Positions 1 through 7,213 of a stretch of 9,434 nt of DNA are shown here, piece by piece. The stretch is taken from positions 1-9,434 of the forward strand of contig NW_021827950.1 in assembly GCF_006345805.1 (NCBI RefSeq), written 5' to 3'. Under the pieces are notes generated by a model. That model searched no databases. It saw nothing but the letters and a program-made list of their open reading frames with translations, and was not told the DNA's origin. The DNA is from Octopus sinensis. Its lineage: Eukaryota. Position numbers and translations under genes: made by a program. How positions within the stretch are numbered: position 1 is the first letter of the stretch; every line of letters starts with the position of its first letter.

Positions 1-59
1 TACTACGGCCTACACTACTAACTTTGCCGCTACTATCTTTCTTCTACTGTCACTAGTCC

Positions 60-600
60 TCCGCGTCTCCACCAGCACCACCAGCACCACTACCACCACC
101 ACCGTCACCACAACCACCAACCATAACCACCACCATTATCACCAACACTATCACCACCATCACCAAAACCAACACCACCACCACCACTATCACCACCACC
201 ACCACTATCACCACCACCACCATCACTATCACACGACGACGACCACCACCCCAACTCCACCACCACCATCATCACCACATACCACCATAACTACTACCAC
301 CACAACCACCACCACATACCACCACTACTACTACTACTATACTACTACTACTACTATACTACTACTACTACTGTCATCACCATCACCAACACTACAACAA
401 CAACATCAACAACCACCACCAACAGTACGACTACCACAACTACAACGACCACCACCACCACTGTCACACCATCATCATTAACAAAGGCAGGATCATCATC
501 ATCAACTCCAGGAACAAAAACGAACATTAACACCGCCACCACCACCACCGCCACCACCACCACCACCGCCGCCGCCACTGCCAGTGCTACCAGCGACCTC
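60..600. repeat. Degenerate compound trinucleotide tract (ACC/ACT/ACA/ATC/GCC)
   Basis: Directly visible, with a purer (ACT)n run at about 323-372. Lies in the intron downstream of the 626-780 exon. Confidence 0.9.
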
Positions 601-625
601 GTGATCGTCAAGGGAGACTACTTAC

Positions 626-780
626 TCGTACGATGTCGGGCTGACATTTATGTGTTTGGCTATACTTCCGGATTCGAACTTGTTCGCCAATGTGACGTTG
701 TTACCAAACAGACAATAGCGTGGCATCTTCGTTCCAACTACTCCAGCTAGGACTGAACCACTGTGTATACCAATCCGCAT
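626..780 (-). CDS. GUCY1A: Internal coding exon (155 nt, phase 0/2) of soluble guanylyl cyclase alpha subunit: [51 protein letters not shown](E)
   Basis: Acceptor ctttgcAG (782-781) and consensus donor GTAAGT (625-620). Joins the 2651-2794 exon in frame (...KAIE|MRIG...). [19 protein letters not shown] is the alpha-subunit signature; beta subunits read GNTVNLTSRTE. Confidence 0.97.
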
Positions 781-815
781 CTGCAAAGCGACAATTACGT
801 ATAGCAGTAACGATA

Positions 816-819
<4 letters not shown>

Positions 820-857
<38 letters not shown>

Positions 858-896
858 TAATAATAATAATAGTAAAAATAATAATAATAATAATAT

Positions 897-936
<40 letters not shown>

Positions 937-1028
937 GGATGCTGGTGATGATGATGATGATGAGGTTTTCTTTATTCGGCACAAATAGCATTAAGAAATA
1001 GCAACAACAACAACAACAACAACAACAA
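820..1028. repeat. Adjacent microsatellites (AAT)n 820-896, (GAT)n 897-962, (AAC)n 1002-1028
   Basis: Directly visible; begins 40 nt upstream (in gene orientation) of the exon acceptor. Confidence 0.95.
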
Positions 1029-1038
1029 TTATAATAAT

Positions 1039-1601
1039 ACCTATGCCCTGATGCAGTACCAGGCAGTGGCTCTCATGGCTTCTGATCTTAACTGATTGGA
1101 AGTGTTATCATGTACATTGTTTTGTCTTGGTATAAAAGATGGGCTACAGCAAATATTCTGCTCAATACCACAGATTTGCTTGTCAGTTGTTTGACCTTAA
1201 CCAGTTGAGCATGTACCTTAGTGGCTGACGATATGTGCATCTCTGATCACGAGCAGAAGTAGTGGGGGAGCATCATAGCCATGTGTTGAGAGGGATTCTT
1301 TGGGGTTTGAATAATTCACATCTGGAAACATGGGTGTTTTGTTCAACATCCTTAAACAACCCTTATTCAGGGACCTTTTGAGCGGGATGGGCTACTCGAC
1401 CTGAAGAAAATTCTAACTGGGCCCCACCTGCAAGGTCATGTGCTGTTTATCTTGATATGAGATCACCATGTCGCGCACATATGGTTGTGATGCATGTGCC
1501 TGGTGTACCCTTATCAGACGGGTAGTCATGATGGGTATACTGGGCTTAGTATATTTTACCCCAGTGTCACTTTGATGGCATGCTCTGCTCGCTCACTCAA
1601 T
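1039..1601 (+). mobile_element. Interspersed repeat of about 560 bp, probable 5'-truncated 3' end of a non-LTR retrotransposon (Dong/R4-type is a guess)
   Basis: Complex non-coding block starting right after ataataat and ending in cactcaat. It matches my recollection of a high-copy octopus repeat normally bounded by (AAT)n. Class and strand are inferred, not verified. Confidence 0.55.
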
Positions 1602-1607
1602 ATAAGG

Positions 1608-1725
1608 TGCAGGGCAATATAAGGTGAATTGTTTTGCTCAAGTGTACGACGCACCGTCGGTCCAGGAATCGAAACCACGATGCTTCGATCGTGTATGCAA
1701 TAACCTAACCACTTATCCACGCACC
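1608..1725 (-). mobile_element. Degenerate, 3'-truncated tRNA-derived SINE head
   Basis: Minus strand has an A-box-like TGGATAAGTGG (1719-1709) and a B-box-like GGTTTCGATTCC (1676-1665) at tRNA spacing, followed by a cacttgagcaaaaca core-like segment. Confidence 0.55.
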
Positions 1726-1893
1726 TTTTACACACACACACACACATGCATATATACATAAGCATATATATGCACTGCGGAGGGGGAGCATTAAGCAGTG
1801 ATAGGCATAAATGCTATTATCAGTTCAAATATACTTGGGGCTCGTTCGAACTCAGGGATCCCCTAGATCAGTTCGCAGCGCCACCTACAAAGA

Positions 1894-1941
1894 CTGCGAG
1901 ACGCCAGCGTTTCGGATTAATTCTCTCCTCTTAGGACACAG
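1894..1941 (-). ncRNA. Decayed minimal type I hammerhead-ribozyme-like motif (probable Penelope-like element remnant, about 1772-1990)
   Basis: Minus strand reads ctgtgt-CCTAAGA-gga(gagaattaa)tcc-GAAA-cgc(tg)gcg-TC/tcgcag. Stems II and III pair and the GUC triplet is in place. The CUGANGA core has two deviations and stem I is imperfect. Confidence 0.4.
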
Positions 1942-1997
1942 ACACACCGGGCAGGTGACGCTACGAACTTGTCAAAGAGATTGTTTCTCTTATGCTT

Positions 1998-2504
1998 TGT
2001 ATGTATGTATGTATGTATGTATGTATGTATATGTATGTATGTATGTATGTATGTATGCATATGTGTGTCTGTATGTATGTATGTATATGTGTGTCTGTAT
2101 GTATGTATGTATGTGTGTATGTATGTATGTGTGTGTATGTGTGTATGTATTTATGTATGTATGTATGAATGTATGTATGTATGTATGTTTGTATGTATGT
2201 ATGTATGTATGCATGTATATATGTATGTATGCATGTATGTATATGTCTGCATATATGTGTCTGTATGTATGTGCATGTATATATGTATGTGTGTCTGTAT
2301 ATATACATGCAAGTATGCATGTATGCATGTATGTATATGTGTGTGTATGCTTGTATGTGTGTTTGTCTGTATATATGTATACACGCATGCATGCATGTAT
2401 GCATATGTATGTGTGTGTGTCCGTACGTGCATAGATACATACATTCATACACACATACATACATACATACACACATACATACCTACATACATACACACAT
2501 ACAT
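1998..2504. repeat. Compound (TATG/TG)n tract 1998-2420 followed by its reverse-complement (CATA/CA)n tract 2430-2504
   Basis: Directly visible; source of all the C-M-Y-V and H-T-Y-I ORFs in the track. Confidence 0.95.
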
Positions 2505-2650
2505 AAACACAAATATGTGCATGCTTACGAACCAAACAAAAATAGTCATAAACATACTGACGCATACATTTTAAGCCGCCTACGTTCAGGTCTTGCTTCC
2601 GGTCACACAAGTAAACAAACCCCAAGAACCGGAAGGCCATCGCCACCTAC

Positions 2651-2794
2651 CTCAATTGCTTTGCCATCATGAGATTTCTGGGACGTGGCCGTATCCATCA
2701 TCTTAAGAGCCATCCAGGCAATCTGTTGCGCATGGTAAGGACTGGATCTATGTAACCCTGCTGCTACACAATAAGCATCTCCAATGGTTTCGAT
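2651..2794 (-). CDS. GUCY1A: Internal coding exon (144 nt, phase 0/0) of soluble guanylyl cyclase alpha subunit, catalytic domain: IETIGDAYCVAAGLHRSSPYHAQQIAWMALKMMDTATSQKSHDGKAIE
   Basis: Translated by hand from the minus strand. Acceptor is a pyrimidine tract ending ttttag (AG at 2796-2795) and the donor is GTAGGT (2650-2645). The ETIGDAYC motif is the class III cyclase metal-binding Asp loop with the guanine-specifying Glu. It aligns without gaps to the recalled vertebrate GUCY1A segment VETIGDAYCVAGGLH...HAVQIALMALKMM...GEPIK. Not in the ORF track. Confidence 0.96.
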
Positions 2795-3224
2795 CTAAAA
2801 AAGAAAAAAGTGTAGAACAAACACTGATGGTTAGAATTTTCCATTTGCGATCACTCTGCACTGCAACCATCAATTTCTTAACTCACTCAACATAACAATT
2901 GCGACAAATTTGTTCTATGCTAGATTTTTTCGCTTTTATTTGCTTGTTCGATCGATTGCTACATTGCTTTCGAAACTTTTTTGGTATCTTAAAAACAAAC
3001 ACTGACGCCGTGTAGTGAAAGATAGCAGAATGAATAAAAAATACAAGTGAATGTTGTTTGAGTATTTTTGTCAAAACTTTTGAATCACATTTCTTTTAAA
3101 ATATTTTCGCAAGTTATTTGGATGAATAAAAGCTAAATGAACCACACGTTACGTTACATAGGAAAGGAGTTTCGAGAGATATTAATTAGAAGAGAACTAA
3201 ACGCGGTACATGACTATGTAAATA

Positions 3225-4413
3225 TTAGGTTGTCATACATGAAATGTATTTTAAATGGATTTCTTGTGAGTCATTTATAAATGGACTTTTAATGAGTTTC
3301 TATGTATGTGCTTGTGTTTGCTCTTGACTCTTTTTCTTTCAAGACAATTCTATTAATCAAAATTGCTACCCACAGCTCTCATGACAATGTTGACAATTGA
3401 ACAATACCGAGTGGTTTTCTCGTACGAATACAAGTTGGGTCACTCTGCCACGAAAGTTCTACGAAACATCAAGCGGGTTTTTGGTAACGATTCTGTTGAC
3501 ATTAGAACTGTTCGTTCAGGAAATGAAAACCTTAGAAATGAACCAAGAGGGAGACCAAAATCAGTTATTCGCATGATGAATTGAATGCTTTGGTTAAACG
3601 AAATCCGAGAACAACGGTCCGAAAAATTGGATCAGAGCTCCAGACATTTCCCGCAACTGCTTCTCGACACTTGAAGAAAATTGGAAAAGTCAAAAAGATG
3701 GATAGGTTTGTTACCTATCAACTTAATGAGATTCAAAACAACAGGTGCCTTACAATGTGTTGATCTCTCGGTTGGAAAGAAAACCACTTTTATATCGACT
3801 CATTACGTGTGATCAGAAATGGATACTCTATGATAACAGCAGGAGGACAGGACAATGGTTACATGCAGGAGAGACACTAAAACACTACTCAAAACCACCA
3901 CTGCACCCTAAGTGGTTGATGGTCACCGTATGGTGGTCAACAAAGCGGGGTTTTTCATTATTAATTTTTGCAACAAGGAAAAACTGTAACAGAAACATCC
4001 TATTGTCAGGAAATTGATTGTAAGCATGAAAAAGTAAAAACGAAGCAATCCAGATTAATGAATAGAGATGGCCCGATTTTGCTTCAGGATAATGCAAGGC
4101 CTCCCACTTTCACAAGTTGCAATGCCTGAATTATGAAATTTTGGCGCATCCTCTTTATTCTCCTGACATTTCTCCTACTGATTATCACATATTTAAACAC
4201 TTCGAGCTTGCTATACGCAATAAAGCATTCTTAAATAGAGAAGAGGTAATTGAAGCATTCGAATGGTTTACCGTGTACAAGATCCTGTTTCAAGCTTAAG
4301 GTAGATGTGTAGATACTAGTCAATTTATACTATGGAATATCGTTGTTGATGAGAGCTATAGGTATAATTTTCCCCTTAAGCTTCAAACAGGTTCTTATAC
4401 ATGGTTAACCAAA
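3225..4413 (+). mobile_element. Decayed mariner (Tc1/mariner, Hsmar1/cecropia-like) DNA transposon
   Basis: 5' end reads TA|TTAGGTTG (TA at 3223-3224), resembling Hsmar1-type TIR starts, and a transposase remnant lies inside. A heavily decayed candidate 3' TIR is at about 4391-4413, so the right boundary is low confidence. Length about 1.19 kb. Confidence 0.85.
3381..4330 (+). pseudogene. Mariner D,D34D transposase pseudogene
   Basis: Consecutive frames give MLTIEQYRVVFSYEYKLGHSA, GRPKS, KVKKMDRFVTYQLNE (decayed WVPHEL), LITCDQKWILYDN (D at 3811), MVTVWWS, GPILLQDNARP (D at 4088), HPLYSPDISPTDYHIF (D at 4180) and RCVD. Stops occur at 3761-3763 and 3962-3964, with frameshifts near 3570, 3770, 3945 and 4105. 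Confidence 0.93.
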
Positions 4414-4461
4414 AGTTTAATTCGTTATCTTTATTTTGCCCGACTAGACCCCGCGTTTTAT

Positions 4462-4528
4462 TTTATATATGTATATATATATATATATATTATATATATA
4501 ATTATTACTTTATTATTATTATTATTAA
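4462..4528. repeat. (TA)n followed by (ATT)n
   Basis: Directly visible; the (ATT)n part reads as an (AAT)n tail of the minus-strand element at 4522-4632. Confidence 0.9.
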
Positions 4529-4632
4529 TAAAGCTGCAAAGACATCTCAAAAACTGTTACTCAGAGATTCAGGTTTCCGTTCGTCGGACAGTTTTGGTTC
4601 AGTTTTTGTGATATCTACAGCTTTATTAATAA
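4522..4632 (-). mobile_element. Fold-back mini-element of about 110 bp with a central hammerhead-like motif; probable Penelope-like retroelement terminus with an inverted end copy
   Basis: Arms 4522-4556 and 4600-4632 are imperfect inverted repeats; the outer 15 bp (ttattaataaagctg/cagctttattaataa) are perfect. The hammerhead fold lies between the arms. Class assignment is inference. Confidence 0.6.
4550..4595 (-). ncRNA. Minimal type I hammerhead-ribozyme-like motif (46 nt)
   Basis: Minus strand reads aaaactgt-CCGACGA-acg(gaaa)cct-GAAT-ctc(t)gag-TA/acagtttt. It has a perfect 8-bp stem I, a short palindromic stem III and a GUA cleavage triplet (cut predicted between 4558 and 4557). Deviations from consensus are U4C, A15.1U and one stem II mismatch. 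Confidence 0.6.
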
Positions 4633-4728
4633 ATCATATTACTCTACCACCGATATTCCAGTATTATTTTCCCACCTTGTTTAACATTTATGTGCTTACT
4701 CTAGTATATATACATACATAATACACAC

Positions 4729-4788
<60 letters not shown>

Positions 4789-4800
4789 TAGATAGATAAG

Positions 4801-4838
<38 letters not shown>
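4729..4838. repeat. (GATA)n microsatellite
   Basis: Directly visible, with two small interruptions. Confidence 0.97.
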
Positions 4839-5176
4839 TAATGTGTGTGTATATACTGATCACATATGCAGATACAATAGTTACTGATTATATATACAGA
4901 TATAATAGTTACACAAAATATATTGAATTACTGATCGCCGATGCAGATATAGGCGTTCTATAAAATACGGTGAAACACTGATCATATATGTATATATGTG
5001 GGTTTGTGTGTGAGGAAGGGTCGTAAGAGCATCCTGGTTTCTATCTGGGTGACAACTAAATCTTCTTGAAGAAGGAACAGTTCCAAAATCAACCCCTTCT
5101 CACCTATGAGTCATAGTTTGGTGGGGAAAAAATTAGGATAAGGCTCTCTCGTATTAAACCTGATATTAAGTGGGGG

Positions 5177-5502
5177 AAGCACTCCGTCGGTTACGACGAT
5201 GAGGGTTCCGGTTGATCCGATCAACGGAACAGCCTGCTCGTGAAATTAACGTGTAAGTGGCTGAGCACTCCACAGACACGTATACCCTTAACGTAGTTCT
5301 CGGGGATATTCAGCGTGACACAGAGAGTGACAAGGCCGGCCCTTTGAAATACAGGTACAACAGAAACAGGAAGTAAGAGTGAAAGAAAGTTGTGGTGAAA
5401 GAGTACAGCAGGGATCACCACCATCCCTGCCGGAGCCTCGTGGAGCTTTTAGGTGTTTTCGCTCAATAAACACTCACAACGCCACTGGGCCATTGCGCCT
5501 CC
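5177..5502 (-). mobile_element. tRNA-derived SINE with most of the tRNA-like head deleted
   Basis: Minus strand starts ggaggcgcaatggcccagtgg (A-box TGGCCCAGTGG) and ends ...cgtaaccgacggagtgc. The body matches my recollection of an abundant octopus SINE. No B box is present in this copy. Confidence 0.7.
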
Positions 5503-5837
5503 ACACCTCATATTAAACCTGCTGTTGAAATAGAGTTTCCGGTGATTTCGCTCTTGCTTGTCAACGCATATTGAAGTATAGGTATTCAAGAAATGATACA
5601 CTAGTGGCCGAATTGCAAGTCCCAATAATGCCGTGATGTACTGATCCGATGTTTCATTAATGAGACAGTTATCATCTGATGAGCTGATGCAATCATTATT
5701 TATCTGCACGGTTTGCACATATTTATGGGCAGCTGAAATCTTGTGAAGGTGGTGTCGGTGGTTGACAAGAGAACGTGGATGGCAACCTACCGCAGGTGAA
5801 GACTTATTCAGTCCTCGCTACCCCCACCTTACATATA

Positions 5838-6251
5838 TATTTCTTTACTACTCACAAGGGGTTAAACACAGAGGAGACAAACAAGGACAGACAAAGGGAT
5901 TAAGTCGATTACATCGACCTCAGTGCGTAACTGGTACTTAATTTATCGACCCCGAAACGATGAAATGCAAAGTCGACCTCGGCGGAATTTGAACTCAGAA
6001 CGTAGCGGCAGACGAAATACCTATTTCTTTACTACCCACAAGGGGTTAAACACAGAGGAGACAAACAAGGACAGACAAAGGGATTAAGTCGATTACATCG
6101 ACCTCAGTGCGTAACTGGTACTTAATTTATCGACCCCGAAACGATGAAAGGCAAAGTCGACCTCGGCGGAATTTGAACTCGGAACGTAGCGGCAGACGAA
6201 ACACGGCAACGCATTTCGCCCGGCGTGCTAACGATTCTGCTAGCTCGCCGC
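5838..6251 (-). mobile_element. tRNA-derived SINE with a tandem 184-bp duplication of its B-box-to-tail segment
   Basis: A-box-like TAGCAGAATCG at 6242-6232 and B box GTTCAAATTCC at 6178-6168 and again at 5994-5984. The units starting at 5838 and 6022 differ at 3 of 180 aligned positions. The central gaggtcgactttgcctttcatc...gtcgataaa...aagtaccag segment resembles conserved SINE core domains (Meta-domain-like, inferred). Confidence 0.85.
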
Positions 6252-6259
6252 TGTATATT

Positions 6260-6260
<1 letters not shown>

Positions 6261-6324
<64 letters not shown>
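6261..6324. repeat. (CA)32 microsatellite
   Basis: Directly visible, perfect. Confidence 0.98.
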
Positions 6325-6334
<10 letters not shown>

Positions 6335-6418
6335 AAATAAGATAGGGTAGCCAAATTTTAGAAATTTCACTACCAGTGGTCCAACATGTATAAGAAGTCA
6401 ATAGACAACATATTTTCC

Positions 6419-6653
6419 ATATAAAATTAGTGTACATTTAATAGGGAACCTTATATGCTAGAAGGAGCAGTCAAAACGTCCAAAACCATATTTGAGAGCA
6501 ATTTCGAAGGCAATGAAAAATGAAAAATAAAACAAGTTAACAGTTTTTATTCCCTTCGAAATTGCTCTTAAATGTGGTTTTGGACGTTTTGACTGCTCCT
6601 TCTAGCATGTAATGGTCGCCTCTTTTGTGTTTAAATGTACACTAATTTTATAT
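6419..6653. repeat. Long imperfect inverted repeat (fold-back element)
   Basis: Outer arms 6419-6441/6631-6653 are perfect over 23 bp. Inner arms 6451-6522/6541-6612 match at 66 of 72 positions. The loop is 18 nt and the ends lie in TATA context. Confidence 0.95.
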
Positions 6654-6764
6654 ATGTAGTGCTAATTCTATCGATCTCTTTTGCCGAATCGCAAAGTTAC
6701 GGGGACATAAACACACCAACATCGTTTGTCAAGCGATGAGAGGACAAACACAGACACACAAACA

Positions 6765-6894
6765 TACACACACACATACACATATATACATACATATATA
6801 TAGATGTGTGTATATATATATATATATATCTATATATATATATATATATACATATACATACATACATACATACATATATACATACATACATACA

Positions 6895-6930
<36 letters not shown>

Positions 6931-6942
6931 TATGTATATATA
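6765..6942. repeat. Compound (CA)/(TA)/(CATA)n microsatellite
   Basis: Directly visible. Confidence 0.95.
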
Positions 6943-7036
6943 AAATTAATTAAGGGTAGAAATCAATATTTATCGATTAAAACCAGTGGTCTAGCATATT
7001 AAAAAAAGAATCCGAAGATTAAAATATTTATATATA

Positions 7037-7178
7037 CAATTAAGGACTGAACACGAAAAGTGGACAGTCAACATGCTAGATATAGACGTCAAATCGCCAT
7101 TCTCCATTGTGGAGAATGGCGATTTGACGTCTATATCTAGCATGTTGACTGTCCACTTTTCGTGTTCAGTCCTTAATT

Positions 7179-7179
<1 letters not shown>
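7037..7179. repeat. Perfect palindrome: 70-bp arms with a 3-nt loop (TTG, 7107-7109), embedded in (TA)n
   Basis: Checked base by base: 7037-7106 is the exact reverse complement of 7110-7179. Confidence 0.98.

Positions 7180-7213
<34 letters not shown>

Noticed and set aside
354-611. Val-rich membrane-like ORF and Thr-rich mucin-like plus frames in 1-600
   Set aside because: Products of a degenerate trinucleotide tract; no splice or domain evidence.
622-984. 120-aa ORF as a complete gene
   Set aside because: Only 626-780 is coding. The N-terminal S/I/L runs are translated (ATC)n/(ATT)n microsatellites upstream of a clear AG acceptor.
1876-1890. CTCF-like half site (AGGTGGCGCTG on the minus strand)
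   Set aside because: Only the 3' half of the motif matches, and it lies in a probable retroelement remnant; not supportable from sequence alone.
1811-2672. Six overlapping 97-218 aa CMYV/HTYI ORFs
   Set aside because: Stop-free translations of (TATG)n/(CATA)n in several frames on both strands.
3363-4299. Mariner ORFs as an active or domesticated transposase
   Set aside because: Multiple stops, frameshifts and deletions, including one between the catalytic Asp residues.
5676-5695. CTGATGA (also CTGACGA at 1225-1231) as hammerhead cores
   Set aside because: No GAAA after stem II and no stem I/III with a NUH triplet.
5449-5718. 89-aa minus-strand ORF as an extra cyclase exon
   Set aside because: No recognisable cyclase, PAS or H-NOX motif (the next upstream exon should contain FSDIVGFT and end in DVYK), and the ORF runs into a SINE.
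5838-6205. Direct repeats as a CRISPR array
   Set aside because: Two contiguous 184-bp SINE-derived units with no spacers, in eukaryotic intronic context.
6168-6251. tRNA gene (also at 1665-1725 and 7336-7399)
   Set aside because: A and B boxes are present but there is no cloverleaf or acceptor stem, and each continues into SINE body sequence.
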